A stretch of 63,901 nucleotides of DNA, counting the filler, from Bigelowiella natans CCMP2755 (lineage: Eukaryota > Protista > Cercozoa): assembly GCA_000320545.1 (NCBI GenBank). It is 8 parts of 8 records of this genome, joined end to end, with 100 filler letters (N's around TTAATTAATTAA, not from the genome) between each part and the next. Parts side by side here need not be neighbours in the genome. Positions count along the whole stretch, not along the records: positions 35,333 to 50,452 come from ADNK01002446.1; 7 more parts are not named here. One strand, 5' to 3'. The notes beneath the pieces were generated by a model. It had not been told where the DNA came from. It ran no database searches and saw only the letters and a program-made list of their open reading frames with translations. Shown here piece after piece: positions 36,891 through 50,350 of this stretch. Made by a program: the position numbers and the translations under genes. Within the stretch, counting starts at the first letter, position 1, and every line of letters starts with the position of its first letter.

Positions 36891-37899
36891 CGCAATTGTT
36901 GATCAATGCTTCAATCATCATCATCATCATCATCATCCACGCTCAGAATGTGCAATGCCAGAATGTTCAATGTCCAGAGGCTTTCAATGATTCAATTGGA
37001 GGCTGAGAAAAAGACCTGCGCTGAATGGCAATGTGCTCGTCAAGCTGGCAAGTTTGCATGCAACTCACAGAGCTGGACAGCGCTGCAGCGTGCACCAGCT
37101 AGCCAGGCCAGCAGGGCTGGAAAGCTTGAAAATTGACAAACGTGTTGCTCAAAAAGCAGTGGACAATGAACAATGAACAATGATCAAAGCATTGATGCAA
37201 ACCTGCATGCGCCAGAACCACGTGGAGGACTGTGCAGGCCAGCAGGCGTGTGACCTGCACTAGCTAGCTAGTGCATGCGCCAGAACCACGCGGGAGACAC
37301 TAGGACAGGCTGGCTAGCTGGCAGGCGGCGTGTGTGTGCGTGCAGCAACCCCTCAAGCTGGTGGCCTGCACCACCTTGGTCCAGCTTTTCAACACACACA
37401 GAGTGTTACAGTGCTAGAGTGCCAGAGATCATGCGAAGTGAACTCATTGTCTCAAGCCAGCAAGTTGAGACATCTCATCATTCTCTGTGCTCGATTGCTG
37501 GTTTGGCACACAACATGCACTCGAAGAAGAACGTACATGCTGCCATGCTGCACAGAATGTGAAGATGTGCTCATCAGAAGCAAGAATGTGATGCTTTGCG
37601 CAAATGAGGGATTTCATGAGCCTCTGATTCACAAGATTCATGGTGATCCACATCATTCTGATTTTTCCATTACTCATCAGCAATGGGTGATGATAATTCA
37701 ATTAAGCACTTGTCTGACATGCATCAATAGGCACTTCAGTCTTGAGTTGGGATGCTCACAATAGTGGCATTTTGAAGTATGTTTAGTTTAAGCACATTTA
37801 GTTTCAATGTTCCTTTTTTTTGCTGGTATCGTAGATGAACAACAACCTGTTCAAAACTAGAGATCGGTCATAGTCTATAAATTCAACCATCCTCGACAG

Positions 37900-38919
37900 T
37901 TGAGTGGAGGAGATCTACGTATTCTTCATGTCTACTTATTTTTACAGTGTAAGCAATGAGCTCAAAGTGATGGGAGGGGATGCCAAATGCGATTGCTCAC
38001 CACAGGTATTGTATGATGGATTGAAATCGAACATTCCAGGTAATAGAGGGGGAGACATTTTATCTGCTGGATTTCTTCTTATCCGCCTCTTTTTATTTTT
38101 TGTTCGCCACAGTGCGGGAAGTTTATTTTCCTGGCTCGTCAAATATTCTCCAATGCGAAGATAATTAGGGGAGGTCATCGGAGAATGTTTCTGGTGATTA
38201 CTTTCCATATCTACATCATTCAACATGCTCTGCAAATTTTCAATGCTTGGACTTGGAGTCAATCCACTGTTAGGAGCCATGGAAAAAAATGAACAAGGAG
38301 ATTTATGCTCTCCATCATCATCACTGCTATGATCATCGGCGACTTTTTGAAGATGTGGAAATGGGGAAAACGGCACCGGTTTGTTACTGGCCCAAGATGA
38401 TAATTTTCTTTTATTCGATGGAAGTATTATTCTTAATTTTGGTACATTAATCTCAGTTGCAATGTCTTTACCGTCGGATATATCTGAGGAAAATCCATGT
38501 TAGAGCGCATAACCCTTTGTGATGAGACAATTGCTACCTTTGAGAAAGTCAACTTCTTCTTCCCTAAGGTCCAGCTCGCTTGAATGTGATGTCTCAGTTG
38601 TGCAGCTCCCAGTCTCAGTAGTACAACTCGAATTTGAAGCATCATTCGTGCAGTCTCTGTACATTTTTGTAAGTGCTTCTAGCTTGATCATGTTCCTGTT
38701 CATTCTCTTCAGTTTCGGGCATTTACTGAGATATAGAAATACAAGAAATGTGTGACTCAATTAACAAATGCATGCTTGACAGATGATTCAAAAGTGTAAT
38801 TACCCATGTGCAGCATTGCTGCCCAATCTGAGAAGCTCTAGTTTCTTTGTGCATGACTTCTCGACCCGAAATGCCCAGTTTTGTTCATTGAAGGGGGGCA
38901 TCATCCAGCTGTTCGACAT
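37900..38919 (-). CDS. Hypothetical protein (multi-exon)
   Basis: ATG at 38919 (MSNSWMMPPFNEQNWAFRVEK..) with a gt donor; ORFs 38500..38760 and 37942..38376 read as Ser-rich coding exons. No domain recognised. Confidence 0.45.
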
Positions 38920-40830
38920 TCTGTGGACTGAACTGGCTTTGAGCGTATGAGGTGGGCGGGCGTAATGAGCGGGCTATTGGGTTTTGGAGTCTGCACTTTC
39001 AAGAAACGCTACAGGAACGAAGCTGGGAGCTCTGATTAACGTGATGGACCATTTCCTGTTTTTTGTTGTTTTGGAAACTAACCTCACCTGTCGGGCCAGA
39101 AATAGACGCTTGTCGTCCCTGAATCGCTTCCTAAATCAGAGGAGGTTTCCGACATAGTTCTGCTCTGAATTGATGTCGCACCTCTCGATTGCGATCGATC
39201 ATGAGAGTGGCAGCACAGGTCAGGGAGCTACGTCTTTGTGCTGCAAAAGGAGGGAATTTGTTCATGAATAAACAAGGCGTTTTAATAGGGCGACTAGACT
39301 TTTGATTGAAATGGAGCTGAGCTGGAGGGAGAAGATCTGACCGGTATGATCTAAAGACCAATAATCTGACACTTTGACCGACTGGTCGAGCTATCAGCCC
39401 GAGTGTGTTCTCATGAAAGCACGAAAACAGAGTTTGGATTTGAAACTAATTGTATTTTTAAAAAGCGACTTACAATGTCGTAATTTTTAGGTTTCAATTA
39501 ACGGCGTCCTGCACAGTTTGAAAACTTTCTGAAAGACCTGATTTTTTACCCAAGAATGGAATCATCTGCGAGCACGTTTTGCGTGCAAATGATCGCCATT
39601 TGGGGGTTAAAGGTCTCGATTTGGGTAAGAAATGACCAAAAACGCAAGCATCACCTTCAAAGGAAAGATTAGTGCGCTTTTTTTTTGGTCTCGCAAATGC
39701 GTTTCCCTCATTTGGTCGCGCGACACTTGTTTTGCATCTTTCCAGCCTCAATTCATGCCTCGTTTGTTCACATTGAGGATTCTCGGAATTGCATCATCAA
39801 ATCGGAACGAAATGAAGACTGTTGAAAGTCATGGCCGCAGTGCAATCGATTGTGGAAAGTTGCAAGCATCACTGTTCAGCCTTCCACCAGTCCAAACTTC
39901 TGGTGGGCACAGTTGTGCGTGCTCCTAGGCGCACGAATCGCGTGACCATGCACTCGACCCGAAGGCCACAAGGTGCACAACTCACTGGCGAGCCATGCCA
40001 GCATGCCAGCATGCGCCACGTTCGATCACGCCCTTCAAGCCTTGCTGGCTTCATTGCACAAGCCGCGAAGTGGCGCATGAGTGCGTGCCAATTCAAACCT
40101 GCGAGATGGTCCAGCCGTCAACTGGTCGACAATCAGCGTGACTCAGGCTAGCAGGCAATGTGCATTGACCACGTGCAGCAAGATTGCCTTGCTTTCCAGC
40201 TTTGTGCACTCAGCACTTGTTGATGATGCGATGCAGGTCATCGACTTTCGACAGCACAATCTAGCAGTCGAGTGTGTGAATGCTGTGTGGACAACACGCG
40301 TGCGCGCCAGCGCGCGCTTTTGCGCTAAACTTTGCACCACATTCTTCTTTGGTTCGTCACGTCGAATTGTGCGATTGGCCGAGCTGATGAGCAAGCTAGC
40401 AAGCGAGGGTAGCGAGGGCCTAGCGTGGTGCAGAGGCCCAGAGAGTGCCTGACAGTCATCTTGCTTTTGCTGTGCTGAATGTGCATCAAATGTCACACAT
40501 GTAGCACCAGCGTCAACAAGTGCGCATCGGCTCAATTTTTGAGTTTTACCAGCTCATTTTGCGCAATTGTTGCCATATTTCGGCCCATTTTCGAACTTGT
40601 TACACACTGACGTGATTCGGACAACATACTGTCACATGCAAGTGCAGGTGCGTCTTCCGGACACACGATTTTCCTTGGCAGCTTTCTGTCAAATTTGTTC
40701 ACAATCACATAGTGTAGTCATGAGAAAACTGTTGCCACGATTCATCACAAGGCATGTTCACGGATGCACGCATGTTTGTCTACAAGCATTACGAAGATAT
40801 GTGCATGTGCACTACACGCATATGTGTACA

Positions 40831-40866
<36 letters not shown>

Positions 40867-41289
40867 ATTTACATATTACACATATATTATAAATATACAT
40901 GCGTGTATGGGTGTGCATGCATATATTTACATAAGGACAATGTGCATATTCATAGCACAAAATAGAAAGCAACCAACTTCCATTGCTTCTGTGGGGTACT
41001 GGCGATACGCCCTGTGCCTCCTCCAAAGAGGAAGTTTTCTGAAAAGAATACACATCAAGTTCATCCATGAGTTAAACCTTATTCTGCACGAGGAAATAGC
41101 GGCACGCAACGTCGTACATATGACATCGAGAGCAGGTGCAACCTTAAAAAAAGGAGGAAAAAGGAGTGTTTACCAGCAAATTAAATATAGATTGATTCAA
41201 ATAAGAACAACGATATTATTGGGAAGAACAGCACGATTGTATATTCCCGTTGTTTTGTTGAAGGTACTGCTAATAACTCACAGAAATGT

Positions 41290-41611
41290 AGATCTGTGCC
41301 CTCGATAATACCACTCCCATATCTCCAACTGATTTGTTGATAGTAACACCAGCAAGCACACACACATTCATATGGATCCTTGGGTGTTTTATGTGATGAC
41401 AAAGCTCAGGTGTTTGTTGGCACAAGCTGTGCATTGTGTTCTTGAGCATTTGCATAGCAGAAGATGTCCTAAAAACCACCCACTTGTGTCAGAAATCCTA
41501 TGTTTGGCCCCGCTATTCCACGTTTGGATCTAGATTGTATGTGGTAGGATTCAATCGCTTTTGAATCCGCAATTCTATAGTTGCGTTTAATAACTTTGAA
41601 TATAAATATAA

Positions 41612-41648
<37 letters not shown>

Positions 41649-41939
41649 AATATTTGCATATGTATCCGAGAGCGTATAAAGGAGGAAACAAGAGGAAAGA
41701 AAAGTAACGTAATACTACAATCATTAGCCACTCACCTTACATATCTATAGGACTCAACTAAGCTTTGGTCCTTAAACCTACGACAAAACGCATTCTTAGA
41801 GGAGCTTACCAACCGGATGATGACCCCGGAATAAAAACTAGCAATATTACAGATTCGATCTTGGGGATTTGGTTGGGCATCATCTCGTTATTGAGTTGAA
41901 GATTCTCTTAGGAAAAACACATCCAGGGTCGGAAAAATA

Positions 41940-42001
<62 letters not shown>

Positions 42002-42676
42002 ATTTTGATTAGAATATTCTCTGGGACCAACTACCGTATAAGATAAGCTAAAACTATGGCCACAGATCTACTCTTCCCGACACTAGAAGAATAGCGAATT
42101 TCATATGATAAGATTCATTTGAATGCTTAATCAGGAATTGGTCGATCTGCTAGATATGACAATAACAGCAACATCGGACTGCTACATCATAACACCGCAC
42201 AATACACCCAAACGAACTCGCTCTTTGTCCCCTTCAAGAAGGGAGACTGTTGTGGATGTTGAAGTCTTTTTTCATGGACAAAACGAGCACTACTACCCAC
42301 ATTAGTAATGATGCTACTGCGGCAGCTGCTGCGAAGATACTACTCTTCCTTTTCTCAGTACTTGAGAGACCTGCAATGCACGAACACCCTGCTATTCTTC
42401 TCTTCGCTGATGATTGGGGCGGATAAAAGGATAACAATAATTATTATTATCATGATAATAATAGTAATAACTATAATGTAATAGGGCAAACATCTAGTGC
42501 ATATACATCAAGGCCGCACTCATCAACAAAGGAATTCAGATTTTGATAGGAGGCTTTTCGAATTTTCTATCAACCCTGCTGCAGCCTTAAAAATGAAATA
42601 CTGATATCACATCGTCTGTTCCACGTGTTGTTTACACTTTGGAATATGTTCATGCGCATATTAAGCAGCATTGTGA

Positions 42677-42718
<42 letters not shown>

Positions 42719-43475
42719 ATGGTTGTGTATGATCCATCAAAGAATGATAAGCATACGTTATCCCGCCCCCCTCCCCACCCTCACCTTAGCTTGTGCAGCA
42801 GCTCTGTTGCGGACTGGAAGTACTCGATTAAGCTAAAGCAATCCGTATCATCCTGGCCAGTAATGATAGATATATCTTAGAAAATATAGCAGATATTTCC
42901 TTGTTCTTATTGTTATCGACGATGGTGATGATTGTGATGATGATGATGATAACGACGATGATGATGATGATAGAGCTAAGATCAAATACTTCCCGACTTA
43001 AGCAAGAATACTTACGATGATGCAAATGCAAGGTGGGTAGGCAAACTATCATAGATACGTGTATGGCCGTGGGCTCCAAAATACTCATTTTTGTAGGCTT
43101 TTGTCTACCGCGTTCACTTTCGCATAGCTATATATATCTGGGAAATACTGCTGACACCTACATAGATCATTCGAAATTAGAAAAGAAAACAACACTTATC
43201 GCTGCATATTTAGTGTGCTGCAGTAGTGTCACATTGTATATCACCGCCATCATGGGAAAGGAAAATTCAAAGTGAAAATTTTGCACGCGTGAAGAAGAGC
43301 TTCTCGTCAGCGCCTTCGATATTGAATCCCCCTCGTACGCAATGAAGGGTATATCTGTTAATACGAATATATTGGCCGCCTTGACTTACCCTTTTGCACA
43401 GTTGAGAATGTGTGTGATTTTATGTTCCTCCAGCCACTTTTCATCCATACTTTGGATCTGCACGCGTAATATTCT

Positions 43476-43543
<68 letters not shown>

Positions 43544-43955
43544 CACACACATATATATATATCGAGGGGGTGTGTTAGTATAAACACACACACACACACA
43601 CATACGCACACATATATGTGCGACGCGCGCGTGAGAGAGTTAGAGAGAGAGACCCTCCTCTATATGTACATGAGTGTGTATATTTGTCTCTCGCGGGCGC
43701 GGGGTATATATCTGCGCGTGCGCACGCATGTGTCTATATCTATATACACACACACGCGCGCGCGCGCGCGCGCGCGCGCGCGCGCGCGCGAGCGCGCGCG
43801 CGCGCGCGCGCGCGCGCGCGCGAGCGCGCGCGCTCTCACAAAAATATATACAAAGAAATAAAAATAAATATATATATATATATATATATCTCTATCTATC
43901 TCTCTCTCTCACACACACACACTCGCACAAACACTCCCAATATTATATATATATT

Positions 43956-44002
<47 letters not shown>

Positions 44003-44433
44003 TATATACTATATACTATACTTACATCCTTTTTGAGGGTTTGCAAATCCGCCCAGCATGTAAGTACATTAATAAGTTGTGTTTCAGTGTACACCACGAT
44101 TACGAGTCTTGGGTTCATAAACATAGAAGCTACCCGTGATCCAAGATATAGAAATGAATCTAACACTTCAGTGCCATCAGCCAGCATGCCTGCCCACAGT
44201 TATGCTCAGAACGAACGAGGTGTTGATAAGCAAGGCTGCCATTCGTTAAAGTTACCTGTAATGTCAAACGCCCTTTCAGCATTTCGCTTAGCGTTCCTTC
44301 GAATCTGTGGATTGGTGCGTATTTTCGCAGAAAGGTATTTGTACAACAGCTTCCAGAATCTCGCAAATTACGGACTGCTATAGGCTGGGGGAGGGGGGGA
44401 GAGAGAGAACCACACACATGCACACCCTCCCAC

Positions 44434-44490
<57 letters not shown>

Positions 44491-44830
44491 TCCATTCGAT
44501 ATGTTGCAGACTATCTGTAATGCTTATTCATTTTGAGTATCTAGGTACCTTTTCAAGCTCATCGTTGCGTTTAGATTTCTCCAGAATCTGAGCAAGAATT
44601 TGAACACAAATGACCATAGGATTGTACGTGTTTGGGCGAGGCACTACAACAGTCTTTTCCTGACAACCCCTGCCCATCCCATGCTGGTTTCATAACCTGA
44701 ACTTGCTTCGGATCGAAGCCAAACATTTTATGGAGCTTAGCCATTCTCCCCCCCCCCCCCCCTTTCCTCGGGATTTCGGAACTGTCGGCTTTCGAGCGAG
44801 ATCAATTCATCTTTTCACCCCATGCGCCAT
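41290..44830 (-). CDS. Dual-specificity protein phosphatase, possibly with an N-terminal rhodanese-like region (ends approximate)
   Basis: [16 protein letters not shown] (~43390-43437), [19 protein letters not shown], catalytic RVFVHC|[16 protein letters not shown] (42371/42082), SLVESYRYV|[16 protein letters not shown]|LEIWE. Confidence 0.88.
43755..43833. repeat. Long (CG)n microsatellite in a compound (TA)n/(CA)n/(CG)n intron
   Basis: About 78 bp of alternating CG with two A interruptions. Confidence 0.85.
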
Positions 44831-45189
44831 CCAATTTAGATAAATATCCGATAAAAATCCCCTATGTCTGAATTAAATATATTTTGCACGGGAAAAACAA
44901 CATGCGACATCTCGTATGCGCAGATTAATCTAAAAATGCGAAGGGAAACAGAGCAAAAGTACCGGAAAGACTGCGACACGGAGAGGAGCTGGCTGAACGT
45001 TTTCCTTACAAAAAAAGGGAGGACACGGGTGCAAGCACCGGATGTCGTCCCTGAATCAACCGAAGATATCGGCCTGAATTCCTTCCTAACGACAACGGGA
45101 GCACAGTGATCGCCGGAAAAATCAGACTGGGCCTTCTCCAACAATGTGGGTCTCGCTCGTGAAGGAAGGAGGGTAGTACTGCGGCAGCA

Positions 45190-46143
45190 ATGTTGCCATC
45201 AAACATCTCTAAGCACCAGCGACCTTGTCGCAGACTAAAATCCGCCTCGTACATCGGTGATTATCTGGATCTTTGCTGTGTTCGTGACGGAAAATGCCCA
45301 ATGTGCAGTAACGCCGATCGGTTGCTTTTCGAAGAGCAGCTACGAGCTCGTAGCTGCTGGGTGTGCACTGATTTTTGTCCTCCTGCCGGAGAGAACAAGT
45401 GCCTCCTGGGGCGAAACGACCACTCTAATGCGGACGGAACCAAGTCTGTGACATCTCAAGCAGGCTCAACGCGCGCGAATTCTGGCCTCTTCAGGAGAAG
45501 AACCGGCCCGGCAATTTTCCTCTGCCCACCAAAGAAGCGAGGACAGATCTCCTACTCCGATCTCGCTACTGTTGGCATGACCCTCCCTCCTGCCCGAGCG
45601 ATCTGCAAAATCGACCAACCGAATGAATGCTCCTCCAGGCTAGAGCGCTTACAGAGTTATTACCGAAGATTCTCATGGAAGAGGAAGAAGAGGAGGAGGA
45701 GGAGGAGGACGGATAAACAAGGCGGCGCCGAAGTGGGGAAGTCAGCGATTGCTACGACGCAACATGTTAGCGCCAACGAACATATCCTTGAACGCACTTT
45801 CAATTCCCGGGCATGCAGAACTGAGCTCGCTAGGAATAGCGAGTGGGTGAGGGGGAGAGCCGCGTATGATTACTACCGCTTGCAGAGGCCCTTTCCTATG
45901 AGAAAGGAGTCGCCAAATTTGCCGATTTACATCTACAACTTCGGGTCTCCTGGCAAGAGGACACACAAGGCACGAGTACTTGCAGCCAAAATGGCAATGG
46001 GAAATGCTCTAAGGAATGAACTCTCCGTCGACACTCGCTATTGGAGAGCAAGGTCCCAAAATCAACGCTGCTCTGCCAACGCTTCTCACAAGGTGGGAGG
46101 CGGCTATGTTCCTTATCCAGAGAAGGGTGTTTACATTGCTTGA
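45190..46143 (+). CDS. Hypothetical protein, 317-aa uninterrupted ORF with Cys clusters and a basic NLS-like tract
   Basis: Long non-repetitive ORF with CCVRDGKCPMC..CWVCTDFC and KRKKRRRRR. No family recognised. Confidence 0.5.
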   Translation: MLPSNISKHQRPCRRLKSASYIGDYLDLCCVRDGKCPMCSNADRLLFEEQLRARSCWVCTDFCPPAGENKCLLGRNDHSNADGTKSVTSQAGSTRANSGLFRRRTGPAIFLCPPKKRGQISYSDLATVGMTLPPARAICKIDQPNECSSRLERLQSYYRRFSWKRKKRRRRRRTDKQGGAEVGKSAIATTQHVSANEHILERTFNSRACRTELARNSEWVRGRAAYDYYRLQRPFPMRKESPNLPIYIYNFGSPGKRTHKARVLAAKMAMGNALRNELSVDTRYWRARSQNQRCSANASHKVGGGYVPYPEKGVYIA

Positions 46144-47245
46144 TGTAGTTAGAGAGTTTCTTCAGCGACCAGCCTACCTGAACCGTCACCAAAACCAAAA
46201 ACTTGAATTGTTTGAGTATCCCATCAACGGTTTGATACATTCTACTCAGCATCTGCATAACATTCTCAGCCTCCACTGGCCATTGGCCACACTTTATTTC
46301 TTTCTTATGAAGTCAAGGGAATTCGGAATCAATTACCCCGTTGATCATTTAAGACGCGACGGGCAATTTGTGCCGTCGTGTCGTAAGGAATCGACAATTC
46401 AAAATTTTCAATTCCTTGCCTTTTATTGAAGAAAAAAACTCTTAAGGTTTATTTCTTTTTCCCTTATTTTATGCACTCACTGATCGTTTATCGGTAGCTA
46501 TTTGTAGTGTATACCGCGTTGTTTTCCGAATAAACTTGATATTCACTGCGGCCATCTTAATTCGTCGAAAAGTAATGACGACGTTTCCACAGCAGTTATT
46601 GACGTCGTTTCCATAGCTACATTTCGATTTTATCGTTTGCACAGTGTAGATTGGCCGATCCATGTAGTGAGGGAATAATGCACAACAATTGAATAAATCG
46701 ACATAATCTGTAAAGTTTCCTTTTTTAATTTTACAAAATATTTTTCGAATACGATCTTGCTATGCATGTTGCATGCGTCGCTCAGAAGCTTGCTGTTACA
46801 TAAAGCAAATCGATCAAGCTTCAATTAATGGGCTGCTGTTATTAATTGTGTCATTGATCGATTGAGATTCGTGGATTGGCGCTGTATCCGTTAAGTGTGC
46901 AGGCAACAACGAAATAAAAGGTGTGGACGCATGCTCAAATGTTCTTACAAACAAACACACAACTGTGTGTGTTTGTGTACAGTGCTAAGCATCTTTCGAT
47001 ATAATCCACATTGCGCGACTACGAGTGTATACGCTGACGCTACATGAATGCTCGAGTTGTCAGCGCAGTGCACGAGATATGTGCGCGTGTCGTGTATGCA
47101 TACACCGACACCGCCTATGTGAAATTACTACGATCACCATACTCCATCATACCATCGATGATAACGTTCTCAAGATAGTAAATTTGGTGGCTTGATTGCC
47201 CATTGCTTTCCTCAGTACATCCCATAGCCTTGTTCATAATCGCCA

Positions 47246-49050
47246 TCACGCACTACTTTCATCTTCGTCGTCGTAGATACTATTCATTCCCCAAATGCTA
47301 TACCGAGCGACCTTAAGGCCCTCTGCCCCCTCGTTTGACAGAAAGATGCCTGAAAAAGTAAATTGTGTGCGTGTGTATAAAAAGAGTGCTAGTTCTAACT
47401 GTAAGAAGACTGCCCTGGTCGCGCATTTTATTGCACCATGAGCGCCGGGGGTACCATAACTTCTTTGTTTTGCTGTTCAAATATACATTACACTGCACTA
47501 CCAAGCGCGTCGTCTCTAGTCGGAAACACCCGCTGCGTGAGGGAGAGGGTCTCACGTGTCGATGCACGCAGGTGTACTTCGATGACGCTCGCATCAACGA
47601 ATATCCGCATGCGGTTTATTACGGCTTCCCGCCCCTCCTGACACATTGCATGCACAAAAAGTGTTAAATTGCGAACAGCCAAACGAGACAGAGCATCGGC
47701 TAGAATAAGAGAATTGCAGGGAACAGTTGCAAGGCGAAAGAGACTTATTTGTCCAGCGACTTGCATCTTAACCACTTCCGAGCCGCGGCTAGCTGTGAAG
47801 CTGCGGCTCGGGGGATACGGAAATCATCAGCGCTGTGCGCAAAGCGAATCTCAGCGCGCGCGAGAGAGAACGATTTCCTGTGGAGACAGATATCATCGTT
47901 TACGGCAGCGTTTCCTACTGCCCCGTGGCCAGTCAGTTCTAACCGAAGCTATATCATCATTTTGATACCGGGTGCTGGGTAATCGGCGGTGCGACGGAGC
48001 ATGATGGCTGGCGTGGCAGTCGGTCAGGCGTGGGATCCATAACGTTTGTCTGTGAAATCGGTTACGAATGCAACACCTCATGAGCGACATCAACCTACTT
48101 CATTCCAGATAACCACGCCGTCCACGTTGATGAAGCACCGTGAAGCTAGCTCATGAAACGCGACGCAGAAAAACCACAAGATACACGCGATTTCAGCGCG
48201 CTTGCACGCGCACTGACCGTGCAAATGCTCAGCCCCCCGATCCGCGAGTAGCGAATAACCGTCTGCTCCGAGCGATCGGGAGAAGCACGCACGCCTACAG
48301 AGAGCGCCGGAGAGACTCCCCCGGGGCCGTTGAGCTCGAGCAGAATCTCGACTGAATCCCCGGCCACGTGCGGTGGAAGAGAGGCCCAGTGCAGTAGAGG
48401 AGACGACTTCAAGACAAGACCTTGCTGGTCTACTGCGGCTGGAAGCATTCGTAGTTTCTCGATCTCCGGAGCGACGTCGGTAGCGATGATGTAGTCGGCA
48501 CTCTCCTGATGATGCTGCCAGGCGCTTTCTCTCGGTGGTTTTGCGGTGGAAGGCCTAAATTCGGCCCCCTCCTCGGTCGTTGCGCGGAGGAGTGAGATGA
48601 CGCGAGGGAGGGTGAGAGAGCCTATAGAAATCGGGCAGAAGAGGGGGTGATTAAAGGATATCAGCAAGGGCAGAGCCGTCGGCATGTGCATGCCGTGGTG
48701 GTGTTTATCGTGTGTTGGGCGGTGCGTCACTAAAGGCACCTGCAGAGGTCCTGTTCGCGCAAAGAACGCCACAGTTCTGATTGATCCATGCAAGCGATTA
48801 GGGAGGGGAAAATGAGGAGGGGGGGGGGATGGGAAGAAAGGAGGAGGGGAAATTAGCATATCTTTCATTTTCTCTCTTTTCCCTAAGAATTGGTGCAATA
48901 GTTCGGTAGCTGTTGTAAACACACATCAGTAGCTATCATGCCGTGCTCCTGCCAACCTTATCTCCAACCACCCACCCCCAAAATATCCGGCGTGGTCCTC
49001 TTTCTGAGGGGGAGTCGTCGAGCAGTGTTTGGCCTGTGTTTTTGTTTGTG

Positions 49051-49093
<43 letters not shown>

Positions 49094-49584
49094 GAGAGAG
49101 GGGGGGGGGGGAGATAGAGAGATCTATATTTATGCTCGGCCGATTCAATTTTTTTCCGTGTCTGTTTGAGCGAGAGTGTGTGCGTGCGTGTTTGATCACT
49201 GAAATTCACTGAAACACCCACCGGCGTATACATCTCCATAGTCGAGGACCTTCCCGTGCGGATAGCGTGCCTTCAATCGAAAGTCTCCGGAGATATTTGG
49301 GTACTTGATATGATATAAGCGCATGAATACACACACACACACACATACACAGGGAGAGAGAGAGAGACGTCTAGCCAGTTCCAGCAATACGACTCCGCAC
49401 CAAACCGATCATAAAGTAGACCAAAAACGCACATCAAGGCCATCGTCCGTTCAGCCCCAACCTCCACCCTCATCAACCTGATATTCTCCAAGGAAGAGGA
49501 TGTTTTGGTACCATTCCGGCATAGACATAAGCAATCCAACACTGGCTCGGTCGTTGGGAGGCACTAACCCTACAGCACACACCA

Positions 49585-49623
<39 letters not shown>

Positions 49624-49665
49624 TATCCTACGCATAAGAAGCAAAAAGCTGATTCAAACCTGTCC

Positions 49666-49702
<37 letters not shown>

Positions 49703-50350
49703 ATGCATACGACACAAACACGGTAACACGTACAAAAAAGATAACACAGATACGATGTATTGGCCAAGGAGCCTCCTTCCAACCTCTTTGAAACATTTGA
49801 GGGCACTCGACTCTCGGTCCGTACGTCGCATTGCTGGAAAATGGCATTTGATCAACAAAGCGATCGCAGCAGCGGCAGCAAGCAGCAGCAGCAGCATGAA
49901 CACGCCAGACGAATGGCAGCATAATAATAGCAGCATCAAAGCCAAACATCCTATCTCTACCTCGCCTTCCAAGGGATGTTGGCGAATCGGAAATCATCGG
50001 CGAACTTTGCTGCAGCTGACACCATTACCTTGGTAGCATGCAGAAGGCATCACCACCACCACCACCACCGCCAACAAGAGCCATAACAAGGCAACGGAAG
50101 GGACAGGAGGGCGCATTCGTGCAGCAAGTTATGTATGCAAAGCTCGTATTCTTTGGTCAGTCTTTAACGAAACCTGTGGGTTTCCTGGTGTAGACCCCCC
50201 ATCACAGTAGCTTCCATTGCCACCAGCACGCTCACCTGCAATGGCAATGCTGCGCAATCAGCACGTTTGTGGGGTTGGCATGTGCCGTGTCTCCTTTCTA
50301 GTGATGATGCTAGAATCTAAACGAGTTGCATGCAATGCTCAGACAATAGG
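47246..50350 (-). CDS. Glycoside hydrolase family 32 (beta-fructofuranosidase/invertase-like); 5' part lost in gap
   Basis: VECPQMF (EC acid/base motif, ~49800), VLDYGDVYAG, RRIFWGWV, GSLTLPRVI, APEIEKLR, IFVDASVIEV..LTQRVFP, YSIWGMNSI..* at 47246. Confidence 0.88.

Noticed and set aside
37205-37290. 19-bp direct repeat TGCATGCGCCAGAACCACG as a CRISPR-like array
   Set aside because: There are only two copies in a eukaryotic context with no cas genes; it is a simple local duplication.
43475-44139. Many ORFs made of YIYI, RERE, HTHT, CVCV and RARA repeats throughout the window
   Set aside because: They are translations of intronic microsatellites. The rather uniform SSR lengths may also reflect assembly collapse.
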